A DNA stretch of 63,968 nt, filler included, from Squatina squatina (GCA_031763465.1; 16 parts of one record of this genome joined end to end with filler, not necessarily neighbours in it); one strand, 5' to 3'. Shown: positions 25,701 through 38,707, counted from the first letter of the whole stretch. Program-made: numbers and translations. Notes: generated from the sequence alone by a model not told the origin.

Positions 25701-27608
25701 TGAAGTGCGACGTTTGACGAGCGAGATGTTCCTCGATCTCAGGATCTCAGATCCTTTCACCGTGGGAAAGAAAAATGAACGCCTCAAACTCTTTTATGAG
25801 ATCAGTGCACATTGGCAAGAGAAATTAAAATTACAGATCCATGCCAGCAAATTCAGCTTGTCCCCAATTAATGGAAAAGTATGCGCACATACTCATGAAA
25901 GTTTTATAGCGTCTCGTAAAGGCAGATGTAATTCAGGTCATTAATGTTATTGCTTTGCTTTCATGAGAAAAAAAAACCCGCGCTAATGTCACATTCCCGT
26001 TGTAATTTTTATGGCATATCACAAAATGATTATAAAAATTAATATTATATTGGAGTGCTTTGCTTTGCTTGGGAAAAATGCTTTGCAAATTTGATTTCTT
26101 TGATTTAGCTTGATGACTGATACGTTGCTAGCTCGCTGAAGGAGAAGGTTACTTGCATATTGGAGAACATTTAAATGTTGCTGCCCGTTAAAAGGAAGAA
26201 CGTATATTTATACAGNNNNNNNNNNNNNNNNNNNNNNNNNNNNNNNNNNNNNNNNNNNNNNNNNNNNNNNNNNNNNNNNNNNNNNNNNNNNNNNNNNNNN
26301 NNNNNNNNNNNNNNNATCGCAAGACCTTTGTGCGAAACTTACTTTGGGGCCAGCGGCAACCGCTTTTGCATCGCCGTTGACGGCAAATTCTGGGCCATTG
26401 TCTGGTCATTACCTCATTGCTGTTTGTGGGACCTTACATTACAACAGCGCCGACACTTCAAAATGACTTAGTTGTCTGTAGAACACCCCGAGGTCAGGAA
26501 AGCCATTATAGAGATGCAAGTTCTATCTTTTAATCAATGTGTGTTGCTTTCCAGCCCACAGTTCATCTTTCCCTGAAAATGCAAGATTCACTTTCATTCA
26601 GAATTTTGCCTCTGCCGGAATAAGCACAGCATAAATCTAAATTAGCATGCAGCGCAGAGTGAAAACAATAAACATTCCTTGGTGAGCGTGGGTGAGAAAT
26701 GGATTCAGTGCCTCTCATTTGTAGCGACCGTAGCAGAACAAAACCCCTGGCCCTGTCAGTTAACAAATTGAATGTATAATCTTCTGACATTCATATCTGG
26801 GCCAAGGGCTAATGTGTGTCGGTGTCTAATAATAAACTTTGCGTTCCTTTGATAGATTGAGTGTTGGAGCAGTTCTATTCAGGGTCTCGGTCGAGAGCAC
26901 GTCATGCCTTTTGTAGCCTGACATCTTTATTCCGCCTAGACATTCAAATAGGTCTGTCACGTTATTTAAAAAGCGACTTGTTCTTAACCCTTTACTGGCT
27001 CTCTCTCTCTCTGACCGTCCGCCAAGTCCAACCCGACCAGGATTGTCCTGGGATCTCCAGGAACTATAGGTCGATCTCCTGGACACTGTGGAGAATGGCA
27101 GGAGGTAAAATCAAAGGGGCCAGTTAAAAAACCTTTTAAAAAAGAAAAATTATTTGGTTTATTAGTTCATAATAATATTGGAGATGGGGGTTAAAAAAAG
27201 GGGGGGGACAGGGAGGTTGGAGAGTGGAAGGTCACGTAGACAATATCTCCACGCGTCCGACTAGAGTTNNNNNNNNNNNNNNNNNNNNNNNNNNNNNNNN
27301 NNNNNNNNNNNNNNNNNNNNNNNNNNNNNNNNNNNNNNNNNNNNNNNNNNNNNNNNNNNNNNNNNNNNTTTGAATCGGGCAGTCGCTGTCAGCTCAACAC
27401 TGGTGGTCTTCCATTCGTCGGCTGGTAACTCCAAGCCTGCGGGAAACGGGGTCAGAGGTCAAGCACGAGATAAGCCGGGCCCCTTTCGCCAGCACCTCGG
27501 TTTTACCTTCCTGCTTTAGTGCGGGATTGGTGGCGGATGGAGGGGAGGCCTCAATGGTCAGTGACGGGACAGGACAGGGGGACCACGAGTTGCCTAGCTT
27601 CATTGAGT

Positions 27609-27640
<32 letters not shown>

Positions 27641-28155
27641 AATTCATTCCAGAGGCTGTTTTAGTGCCTCATAAAATATTTATTTTGATTGTGCTCGGTT
27701 CTGTAATTGCCATCTCTTTCCTTGAATTATTTATGTTGTAGTAGTAAGCTTCAGATCAGGGAGAATCAGTGCTGGGTTGGCTAAGCTGCCGACTTGCTTC
27801 AAGATGGACGAGTAATTGGAAAGCGGCAGGACCAATTAAGGCCTTCTTTAAGAAAGAATTATTTAGATTATTTCCATCTTTAAGCTTATCCATGCAATTG
27901 CATCTAGATTTATCATTATGTTTAATATCAGTTCATGTTTATGTGAACTTGTATCCAAGTTTGCAAAGGTACATTCACAATCTTGCCCCCTATTCCCTTA
28001 AATGTATTTCTGTGTGTTTCTTCCAGGCTCGACTATCCCCAGTCACAAGAATGATANNNNNNNNNNNNNNNNNNNNNNNNNNNNNNNNNNNNNNNNNNNN
28101 NNNNNNNNNNNNNNNNNNNNNNNNNNNNNNNNNNNNNNNNNNNNNNNNNNNNNNN

Positions 28156-28861
28156 NCGCTTTATCTATTTTTCTGCTATCCAATTTCTCTACTACCGCCT
28201 CCTTTCCTTCTTCATTGGCAGCACCCTCTTCTCTGGTGAAGACAGATACAAAGTACTCATTTAGGACCTCAGCTATTCCCTTTGTCTCCATAAGATCTTT
28301 TTGGTCCCTAATTGGCCCCGCCCTTCCTTTGACCATCCTTTTATTATTCATGTGTTGATAAAAGACTTTTGGGTTCCCTTTTATGTTAGCCGCAAATCTA
28401 TTCTCATACTCTCTCTTTGCCCCTCTTATTCCCCGTTATAGATCTCCTCTGTACTTTCTATATTCAGCTTGGTTCTGTACTGTATTGTGAACCATGCAAT
28501 TGTCATTTTAATCCTAATTTCTTTAGTCATCCAGGAAGCTTCAGCTTTAGATGCCCTTCCCTGCCTCCCCCAGCACCATGGGAATGTGCCAAGGCTGTAA
28601 CCGAACATCTTCTCCGAGAAGGCCTCCCATTGCTCATTTACCTTTCCATCTTGGACGAGATCCCTTTTCAGATCAATGAGGCTTGCCCTCCTCCCGTTCA
28701 GCATCTTCACCTTTGCTTGTTCCTTGTCCCTTTCCATAATCACTCTGAACCTGGTGATATTGTGATCACTGTTTCCCAAATGCTCCCCCACTTCATTCCC
28801 CAGAACCAGATCCTGCACTGCTTCCCTCCTCGTTGGGCTGGGAGCACACTGATCAAGAAAG
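28156..28861 (-). mobile_element. CR1-type LINE internal ORF2 fragment (degraded)
   Basis: DLVLGNEVGEHLGNSDHNITRF (endonuclease end) and GPIRDQK...IAEVLNEYFVSVFTRE, with frameshifts. Confidence 0.8.
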
Positions 28862-31822
28862 NNNNNNNNNNNNNNNNNNNNNNNNNNNNNNNNNNNNNNN
28901 NNNNNTTAATTAATTAANNNNNNNNNNNNNNNNNNNNNNNNNNNNNNNNNNNNNNNNNNNNTCTATTTTTTTACAGGTCGCTGCCGGTTAAGGGACCTAC
29001 AAATATGGCGGCTGCTGCAGGGACCGCCTCCAGATGGCACAATAGTGGCAGTTGCCATTTTATCGAGAATCGCTGGCGCTACGTGTACGAATTTCTCGCC
29101 CAACAGATCTGTCTCGTTGACGGGCAGCCTTTGGAATAGTTTGTCCTGTACAGACACTGAAAAGGTTAATTCCTGCTTGTAAGTGATGTAGTCAGTGAAT
29201 CTCATCAAAACAGAAAAAGTAATAGCAAGACAATATGTATTCCGATTCCGATTTGGTGTCTGATGGAGACTTTGGTCTCAGGAGAGTAGGAGAGTGAAGG
29301 ATTAAACAGCCTAATCTGCTATTAGCATAGAGAAATCCTATAACTGGCTTGACTGCCATGTCGATGATGTGTGAGATAACTCTGTCTGCTGTGTACCACT
29401 GGGAATGAGTGGTGAGACATCGGGGGAAGGAGTGGGGGGTTCGTGAGAAGCAAAGATTAGTCAGGTTTACTGACGCACGTCTATTGGAGTTCTTCATGTT
29501 GAAAATCGTGGGCGTGCGAGTCGATGATGGATCTTCGCATTGCCTCAAGCACGCCTTCAGTGAGAGCGAAGGTTCACCAGCCTTCGTAGAATCATAGAAT
29601 GGTTACAGCACGGAAGAAGGGCATNNNNNNNNNNNNNNNNNNNNNNNNNNNNNNNNNNNNNNNNNNNNNNNNNNNNNNNNNNNNNNNNNNNNNNNNNNNN
29701 NNNNNNNNNNNNNNNNNNNNNNNNAGACGCTATATAAATGCAAGTTGTTGTTGGGACAATCAGATAGAGGAAAAAGAAAGACAGAGCAAGCCAGAGATAA
29801 ACAGAGGGGGATGGACAACGCTGGAAATTGGAGCACGAGACAGATAGAGTGTGTAAAGCAAAGAGAGAGGGGAGAGGAGAGAATCCGCGTAAATATTTAA
29901 ATAGGCGAGAGATAAATAAATCAGCCATTTGGATGTAATCAAGCGTGTTGCGATAGATCAGCCCAAGTAACAGAGCTGAGGTTTAGCATCGCTTTACTCA
30001 GTGCAAACAATCTGTCTTAAATCAATTTGATTTAGCACAGAGCTCTTGGAGGTAAATGCACCGCAAAGGGTATTTCAATAGAAAGCAAATATTGTAATTC
30101 GAGTAATAAAGACTATTTGCAGTTAGCTGACTGAGCTTCGATCTTTGTAAAGGTGTGTGCGCACAGGGGGAGAGCATCTGATTGTTATTCATGAAACGGC
30201 GAGTTATGCATATTAGTGTAAACAAGCTATTCGACTTGCTTATATTTGGAGTGTCAATCATTATAGCGAGTACAAGATTTGCACTTGACAAACTGGAGTG
30301 AGCAACTTGCTTGACAAATTGTCCCTAAAGTCAATTCTGACAGCCTTTTTGTGATTAATGGCCTGATTATGGGAGCATTTTTTTTTTACACACACACTCT
30401 GGCTTATGCTGAGTGAACCAATTTCACCAAAGTAGCAATGTCAGTATTACAATCTGCCAAGGCTTCTCTTTAGGTTGGTAATAACAGAGAAGAATATTAG
30501 GCAGGGGCTCGCTCCTGATCACTAATCAATAACCACCACCCGCAAGCCCCATGTGTAAGTCCTGGAGGGCACGATTGGGATTGGTTGTGGATAGCCCTGC
30601 AGCATTTAATGCCCAAGCATCCATATAAAGGGTGACTATGGATGGAGTACCAGGGCATCAGCACAAACCTCTGTATCATACCCGAACATTACTCAAAAGG
30701 GTTCTGCAAACCCATGCTGGAAAATTGAATAAAACTCTCTGAGCCTGCCTTAAAGTCATCAAGGAAGGCACAAAAAACCCCGTTCAACTCTAGATTAACA
30801 CATAATTGCATCTGATGAAAACAATGACTCAAGTGCNNNNNNNNNNNNNNNNNNNNNNNNNNNNNNNNNNNNNNNNNNNNNNNNNNNNNNNNNNNNNNNN
30901 NNNNNNNNNNNNNNNNNNNNNNNNNNNNNNNNNNNNATAACAGATATCCAGGAGTGAGTTACAGGCTGGAATCTAATCAAGGGTTTCGGGGGGTTTATAT
31001 ACAGAATAACAGATAGCCGGAAGTGAGTTACAGGCGGAATTGAGTTGAGGAGGGGTTTGTACGAGTGATGGTGCAGAATTCACTGACGCATAGCTCCGAT
31101 TTTTTCCACATACCAAAACCTCCTGGCAGAACAGTTCTGAACGTGGTAATTTGGGAGCCTGCAGTTATAGGGTTAAAAACCTTTGTGACGTTAGTGGGTC
31201 GTTGCCATGGCTACGATCTTGGGGGAATTTGAATGAATGACACCTGTGGTGTAAGGGACATCTCGCTTTTAGGTTCGGATGAGCATAGATATCAATAATA
31301 TTTCCCCCCATAGTCATATAGAAGTTCTGATTGTAATCATTATAACCTTCCCGAGCGACTGATGAATTGGGAGAGTCAAGCTTGGGTTGGTTTATTATTA
31401 ATGTTTATTTTCAAAATATTGCAAAGGTAAAAAAAGACATTAAAAATGAATTAGTGCAGTGCTGCAACCCACAGTCTAACCCAGAATCATCACAATGGCT
31501 GTCTTTATAAATCACTACCAACCTCCCATTTTAATCAACTCTTTTAAAGGAGAATTCTAGTACTATGCTGAGTTCTGGGAATGAGCCATGCGAGCTTCGA
31601 GATAAAGCCCAGCCAGTCAGTTTTTCCCTTGTTTGCCATTGTTGAACCCTCACCCGTGAGTCAGAAGGTCATGGGTTCAAGCCCCCTTCCTGCTCTCCAC
31701 ACACTTGATTCCAGGGACCTTCACTGACACTTGAGTGCGCACTGAGGGGAGGTGGGGCAGTGCTGCATTGTCAGAGGTGCATCGTCCTTGAACATAGCAA
31801 CAACAGGAGGAGGCCATTCAGC

Positions 31823-32072
31823 TGGGGTGACCAAACATCCCGTTTTGCCGGCGCAGTCCCAGCTTTTGAGCAAATATCCCGGTGTCCCGACAAAATGGCT
31901 CAAATGTCCCGTTTTTTTTTTGCGCAGACCTGACTGCGCATGCGCAATCCTGACGGATGCGTGCGCAGTCTCGATGGAGCGCAGCCAGGTCCGTGCAAAA
32001 AAACCGGGACATCAGGACTCGGCACAGTGCCCGATTGTCCCGGTTTAGGGTCATGAAAATCTGGTCACCCTA
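31823..32072 (+). mobile_element. Complete 250-bp non-autonomous hAT (Blackjack/MER81/MER94-like) MITE
   Basis: Terminal inverted repeats TGGGGTGACCA...TGGTCACCCTA, subterminal TGTCCCG/CGGGACA motifs, and exact 8-bp target duplication CATTCAGC at 31815-31822 and 32073-32080. Confidence 0.9.
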
Positions 32073-32286
32073 CATTCAGCCCCTCAGGCCTGCCCCGCAG
32101 TTCAATTCGATTGCGGCTGACTGAATGAGGCTTTAAGACGAGGTCCTGTCTGCCTGTTCGATCGGATGNNNNNNNNNNNNNNNNNNNNNNNNNNNNNNNN
32201 NNNNNNNNNNNNNNNNNNNNNNNNNNNNNNNNNNNNNNNNNNNNNNNNNNNNNNNNNNNNNNNNNNNNGCCTCTTTCTCTGTGCAG

Positions 32287-32466
32287 GATACTCCCGCAAT
32301 ACCAACAGTGTCTCCCCCCGTGGGTATGTGACCAGCTCCACACCCCAGCAGTCCAACTACAACACCACCAGCATGAATGGGTACGGGAACACCGGGATGA
32401 CCAATCTGGGAATACCAGGCTCTCCAAGCTTCCTGAATGGGTCGACTGCCAACTCTCCTTATGCCA
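32287..32466 (+). CDS. EBF/COE transcription factor exon (180 nt), C-terminal Ser/Pro/Thr-rich region; paralogue probably EBF4 or EBF3-like
   Basis: ctctttctctgtgcag|GATAC...GCCA|gtaagt, phase 1-1. Encodes (G)[59 protein letters not shown], a clear EBF1-4 motif set. The paralogue is not resolved from one exon. Confidence 0.9.
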
Positions 32467-33093
32467 GTAAGTTGGGCAAAGATCTGCACTGACCTTTCGA
32501 AGACAACTAACCGATTTGGTATTTTTCTTTGGCTTAGAAGTGATTGGGGGGGGTGAGGGCAAGGGGGTTAAATTTTTGAGGTTGGGCGATGGCATAAAAT
32601 GGGCGATATCGGCACGGGCACCCCTTAAACACCTCTCTNNNNNNNNNNCCCAATTAACTGAAATCAGGAGCACGGCGTTCAATACCTTCCATCGCCCAAT
32701 GTCAAAATGACCCCCACCCACTTGTTGACTGTTGGGTCCAAATCGTGAGATCACTCATGGCCTGTGCCAAAGCACAGCGGCCATTTTAATCCGTGATGTG
32801 CTGTCATCCTTGTGGATTTTATTATTCATGATTTCCCCATCCCGCCACCCCTTCCCTTTATGAGCGCCTGGCCCATCAACCCCTACACCTTTATCGTGGG
32901 ATCTTGGAGTTCACAACTGAATTGGGTGTCAGGCACTCTGGGGCAGACCTGGTGAGGTGGGGCTTGTGAACGTTCCTGTCTTTTTGTCCCCAANNNNNNN
33001 NNNNNNNNNNNNNNNNNNNNNNNNNNNNNNNNNNNNNNNNNNNNNNNNNNNNNNNNNNNNNNNNNNNNNNNNNNNNNNNNNNNNNNNNNNNNN

Positions 33094-33470
33094 TGTGTGC
33101 ATTGTACAGGCTGTGTATATATAGATATCAAAGGGTTGAACATTCTCTGAGCGAGATGGGGTTTTGCCAAGTGCTGTACAGTACAATATGTTTAAATGCT
33201 TGCTGTTCTTGTGATTTGAGACTGGTACCAATCTGTTGCTTTCTCTGTTGTGTTTTTTGTATGTAGTTTTAAAATACTGTTAACACTTTGTGATTCTTTT
33301 TAAATATTTTTTTTAAAACTCCCGCTGAAGTTGTACTTAAAGCTGTGTATAATATCAGTGTGTTAACGATGACTTTTACAATTCCTAAATAAATTAATTC
33401 AAACACTTTTTTTAATCTCTCTTTTTTTGTGTTCTGAGTCTGTCAGCAATAAAACAAGCTTCTTTAAGAC
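33094..33470 (+). other. Probable terminal 3' UTR of the EBF gene with polyadenylation signals
   Basis: T-rich, TGTA-rich non-repeat sequence downstream of the EBF exon on the same scaffold piece. AATAAA at 33388-33393 and 33448-33453. Confidence 0.45.
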
Positions 33471-33659
33471 TCGAGGTTCTGGGATAGTTCTCCTTAGAGC
33501 AGAGAAGGTTAAGGGGAGATTTAATCGAGGCGTTCAAAATGACAGAATCAGAGAATTATACAGCAAAGAAGGAGACAATTCGGCCCATCGAGACTGTGCC
33601 AGCTCTTTGAAAGAGTGATCCAATTAGTCTCACTCCCCCGCCCTTTCTCCATAACTGCA

Positions 33660-34072
33660 CTTTTTATCCAATTCCCTTTTGAAAGTTACTATTGAATCTG
33701 CTTCCTCCTCCCTTTCAGGCATTGTGGTACAGATCACAACAACTCGCTGCAAAAACATTTTTTCCGCATGTCTCCTCTGGTTCTTTTGCCATTTACCTTA
33801 AATCTGTGTCCTCTGGTGACCGACCCTCCTGCCAGTGGAAACAGTTTCTCCCTGTCTACTCTATCAAAACCCTTCATGATTTTGAACACCTCGATCAAAT
33901 CTCCTCCCAACCTTCTCTGCTCCGAGGAGAACAACCCCAGCTTCTCCAGTCTCTCCACATAACTGAAGTCCCTCAACCTTGAAACGATCAGGTGAATCTC
34001 TTCTGCACCCTCTCTAAGGCCTTGACATCCTTCCTAAAGTGCGGTGCCCAGAATTGGACACAATACTCCACC
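33660..34072 (-). mobile_element. CR1-type LINE 3' fragment
   Basis: MRDFSYVERLEKLGLFSSEQRRLGGDLIEVFKIMKGFDRVDREKLFPLAGGSVTRGHRFK. Confidence 0.85.
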
Positions 34073-34172
34073 NNNNNNNNNNNNNNNNNNNNNNNNNNNN
34101 NNNNNNNNNNNNNNNNNNNNNNNNNNNNNNNNNNNNNNNNNNNNNNNNNNNNNNNNNNNNNNNNNNNNNNNN

Positions 34173-34420
34173 TAAATAAATCTGGAATTTAAAAAAAAAT
34201 TGAGTTAGTAATGATGATCATGAAATTACCAAATTGTCAGGGGAAAAAACCTATCTGGTTCACTAATGTCCTTTCGGGAAGGGAATCTGCCGTCCTTACC
34301 TGGTCTGGCTCCAGACCCACACTTAACTCACCACCACCTTCTCAAGGGTAATTAGGGATGGGAAGTAAATACTGGCCTTGCCATCCGCAACCACATCCCA
34401 GGAACAAATAAATTAAAAAA
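34173..34420 (+). mobile_element. Second SINE-like family sharing its 3' tail with the LINE at 13055-13433
   Basis: ctggttcactaatgtcctttcgggaagggaatctgccgtccttacc...caccaccttctcaagggtaattagggatggg...ctggccttgcca. A diverged copy lies at about 10478-10665. Confidence 0.6.
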
Positions 34421-35469
34421 AATCTATTGCAAAATCCGGGCCGTGGTGTTTTGGAACCTCCAAGGGGTTAAGCTTTTACTGGCTGTATAATAAGTCGATC
34501 TAATGTACGTTTTTCTACATCAACTTAAAAAACAAACTGTAGCTATTAGCTTTGGCTGTAAGCATTGGAAACTTTACATTGTCGTATAGTGAGTCAAAAT
34601 ATGAAACCGGGTTCCCCTCCCATGTTTGGTTTTCATTACTTTAAAGAGAAAAGTTACAATAGGACACTGGGATGAAGTCATCCAGCAGGCCACAGGCCTC
34701 AGCCAAATAAAACATTCAACCTCCCTCAGACAATAATGATGAATGGTGAAGGAAACAGGTGTAAACGGGCCTGCATTGGGGGAAATATAACTAGCATTAT
34801 TACCGTCAATTCCCTCTCTTCAACAACCAGCAGAAGATTAGCTTCGAGTATTTCCTCATTTTCAGGAAAGGTAATAGCGAGGCCCAGGAGATCATTTCAG
34901 AGCCGAAAATTCTCTCACTCATTAAAAAATATAATAAATGNNNNNNNNNNNNNNNNNNNNNNNNNNNNNNNNNNNNNNNNNNNNNNNNNNNNNNNNNNNN
35001 NNNNNNNNNNNNNNNNNNNNNNNNNNNNNNNNNNNNNNNNNNNNNNNNNNNNNNNNNNNNNNNNNNNNNNNNNNNNNNNNNNNNNNNNNNNNNNNNNNNN
35101 NNNNNNNNNNNNNNNNNNNNNNNNNNNNNNNNNNNNNNNNNNNNNNNNNNNNNNNNNNNNNNNNNNNNNNNNNNNNNNNNNNNNNNNNNNNNNNNNNNNN
35201 NNNNNNNNNNNNNNNNNNNNNNNNNNNNNNNNNNNNNNNNNNNNNNNNNNNNNNNNNNNNNNNNNNNNNNNNNNNNNNNNNNNNNNNNNNNNNNNNNNNN
35301 NNNNNNNNNNNNNNNNNNNNNNNNNNNNNNNNNNNNNNNNNNNNNNNNNNNNNNNNNNNNNNNNNNNNNNNNNNNNNNNNNNNNNNNNNNNNNNNNNNNN
35401 NNNNNNNNNNNNNNNNNNNNNNNNNNNNNNNNNNNNNNNNNNNNNNNNNNNNNNNNNNNNNNNNNNNNN

Positions 35470-35710
35470 AATTTTTTCACTCAGCTGTGGCAAATCTTTG
35501 GAATTCTCTACCCCAGAGGGCTGTGGAGGCTCAGTCACTGAGTATATTCAAAACAGAGATCGGTAGATTTCTAGATATTAAAGGCATCCAGGGCTCTGGG
35601 GGTAGTGCAGGAAAATGGTGTTGAGGTAGAAGATCAGCCATGATCATGTCGAGTGGCGGAGCAGGCTCGAGGGGCTAGATGGCCTACTCCTGTTCCTATT
35701 TCTTATGTCC
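35470..35710 (+). mobile_element. CR1-type LINE 3' end
   Basis: NLWNSLPQRAVEAQSLSIFKTEIGRFL, then 3' UTR gatcagccatgatc...ggctcgaggggc...tggcctactcctgttcctatttcttatg. Confidence 0.85.
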
Positions 35711-36294
35711 TTATAATCTATCAGGTCTTTAAATTAATAAAGGGAGAGACTGCAGGAGAACATTATAAATCAAAGTGTGTGGATTCAATGGCGGAATCAT
35801 CTCCCAGTTGTCGGATTAGGTTAGTACTGCATATTCAACTGAGAGGCTTCCATATTCTCAAAGTGCTGACTAACTTTATACTTTGCAAAGAGGTCACGGT
35901 GTAGAAGCAGCGCTTGCGGATTTAAAAAAAAATTTCTTTCCTACGCACAGCCCTGGACTTTAATAAACACATAAAGCGCTGACTTTAATACCAGCAAGCC
36001 AGCTCTGCCAGTAATTCTCCCCGCTCCTAATTACGAAGAGAGATTTAGGTTGTTGAATCAGACAAGATAGAGTGGTGGTAGCGACCCATGAGACTAATCC
36101 CTCAGTAAAGAAAGATAACAACACTCTCTGCTTCACGCTCTGCCCTATTGCTGCCTATCTGTTGATGAATCTATCTGTGTAAACCGGCCGCCCCTGCTCA
36201 CTCACATCAGCGTGTCAGTGCCATGTTGGCACAGTCTGTGTTCACACTCATTGTGGTGCCAGCCCTCTGCTCACACTCGATGTCATGGAGTCCA

Positions 36295-36434
36295 GGGTAG
36301 TCCTTGTGTACCAGTTGCTGAAAGTAAGCATGCAGGTGCAGCATGCTGTTAAGGCGACAAATGGTATGTTGGCTTTCATAGCGAGAGGATTTGAGTACAG
36401 GAGCAGGGATGTCTTACTGCAATTGTACAGGGCC
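36295..36434 (+). mobile_element. CR1-type LINE ORF2 fragment
   Basis: LKVSMQVQHAVKATNGMLAFIARGFEYRSRDVLLQLYRA. Confidence 0.8.
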
Positions 36435-37146
36435 NNNNNNNNNNNNNNNNNNNNNNNNNNNNNNNNNNNNNNNNNNNNNNNNNNNNNNNNNNNNNNNNNN
36501 NNNNNNNNNNNNNNNNNNNNNNNNNNNNNNNNNNGTTCCTATGAGCCAATGGAAGAAGTAGATTGCCTCATGTGCCCTTCGGCACAGAAGGGCTGGAGGA
36601 GGAGGAGAAGAATAAGGAGAGGAAGAAGAGGAGAAGGAGAAAAAAAGAGAAGAAAAAGGAGAGAAAGAAGATAATGATGAAGGAGAAGAGGGAGAAAGAG
36701 GACACAACCCCTGATTTTGTGCCTGAGGCCTTCACTTAGGTTCACAAATAAGAAAACAGTATCTTTGGCAGAAAGGACCTAGCGTACATAAGCTGCTGTC
36801 CTCGATCCACATGTGTGGTATAAAGTGTGTTAACTCAATGCCAACTGCTCCCAAAATATCCAGCTCCAATTAACCACAGTTCATTATAAGACGAAAAGAC
36901 ACTTTCTTGGCAAGTGAGCATTTGTGAATTATGCAGTCCTGGTCACAAAGGTATTGAGGATGAGATGCTCAACTCATGCATTTTCATGCAAAATTAATTA
37001 CTTTGTGCTTTTTTTTCTCTCCCACAAAAAAAGTTACAACAACTGANNNNNNNNNNNNNNNNNNNNNNNNNNNNNNNNNNNNNNNNNNNNNNNNNNNNNN
37101 NNNNNNNNNNNNNNNNNNNNNNNNNNNNNNNNNNNNNNNNNNNNNN

Positions 37147-37817
37147 ATCTCCTTTCTTGATGATGGTCACGATTATGGCGTCTTTGAGATCCCCTGGCAT
37201 ACTGTCCTCCTCAGGATAAAGGGGATAAGGTCATGGATTCGTACCAAAGGTGCCTTTCTGCCATATTTTAGTATTTCAGTGGCAATTTAGTCTGTGCTGG
37301 AGGCCTTGTTGTTTTTCAGCTGTCAGATGGCCTTTTCAACCTCATGTCAGGCTGGGGTTGTGATGAGATAGTGGCAGGTAGCTTGCTGTGGGATGAAATC
37401 AAGGGCACACACATCGAGGAATGAGTCTTGGTTGAGTGTTCCCTCCAGCGGGCGATGACTTCTTCTTTGTCCTTGATGAGCACCTCTCCGTTCTCAGTGG
37501 GGTAGGTCCTTGGGTGCTTGGGCCATAGATGGTCTTGACTGCGCTGAAGAATCCATGCAGATCGTGGTTGTCAGGGAGTTGCTGGATCTCCTATGCTCCT
37601 TCCACCCTTCATCTATATTTAGGTCCAGGGTTTTTTGTTGGAGCTCGGCCTTTAATTGTGCGTAGACCTGTTTTCTTACCCTCGAGTTTGGGTGGTGCTT
37701 CCAATTCAAGAAGGAATGCCTTATGCATTTAAGTACAGCCAACTGGGAGATCCTGGATATGTCTCTGATAGCTCAGAAAAGGATCCGGAGATGAAAAATG
37801 TTGAGGGAGGTGGTCAT
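37147..37817 (-). mobile_element. RTE-clade LINE fragment (degraded, upstream part of RT)
   Basis: MPGDLKDAIIVTIIKKGD plus nearby LKNNKASST-like motif, characteristic of RTE-type ORFs; many stops. Confidence 0.65.
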
Positions 37818-38473
37818 TNNNNNNNNNNNNNNNNNNNNNNNNNNNNNNNNNNNNNNNNNNNNNNNNNNNNNNNNNNNNNNNNNNNNNNNNNNNNNNNNNN
37901 NNNNNNNNNNNNNNNNNNACCACGCTACTGTACCCATTAGCTTGGAACGTTTCTCACTATAAGGCACTAATCAAAGCGCATTCACAGGCTCAACACAGAC
38001 AGATTCTAACAGTAGACCGCGACTAAGGGATCACAACCACTTAGGTCGACTGATTGCAGAAGTCAGCCCTGGAAATGGCAAGACTACCGGTCTATTCCTG
38101 TACCGAGAGCTTTACACTGCCCACAGCGGAGCCGAAATAGGGTCAATTTCCGAATTGAATTAAATATGCCACAAGCACCACCAAGGTTAGTTAGTCTGAT
38201 GAACCTTTTTGTACATTGAATATGATGTTTCCTTGGGCCTTTTCCAATTCCGTCAGGTGTTTAAGTTGGGCTGGAGCTCTGCAAAGGGAGAGAAGAGTAT
38301 TATTACACATTTCCAGCACAAGTAATTTGTTTCATCTGGGCCCCGGGCAGGCACATTGTGTTAACTCTTTATGGTGAGTCAGATCTTCAACCCTCTTTTA
38401 TAGTAAATACGTTGCGCCATGCAGCAAACCCGTGCCCAGAAGCACAGGAGCAGCAGGTGCCTTGGAGAAAGTT

Positions 38474-38707
38474 GTCAGCCGTGGCAAAGTGGGTAGCACC
38501 TTCACCCGGTGGGTTCAAGGCCCACTCCAGAGACTTGAGTAATCGAGGCTGACACTCCAGTGCAGTGCTGAGAGGGAGCCGCACTGTTGGAGGTGCCAGC
38601 TTTCAAATGAGGCATCAAATCAGATGAAAGCAATAGTTCCCATGGCATTGTTTCGAAAGCAAGAAGGGGTCTTTTCACTGGTGTGCTGGACAGTATTTAT
38701 CCTAAAA
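38474..38707 (+). mobile_element. Deu-type SINE, 5' half
   Basis: gtcagccgtggc...gggttcaaggcccactccagagacttgag...ggctgacactccagtgcagtgctgagagggag. Confidence 0.75.
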
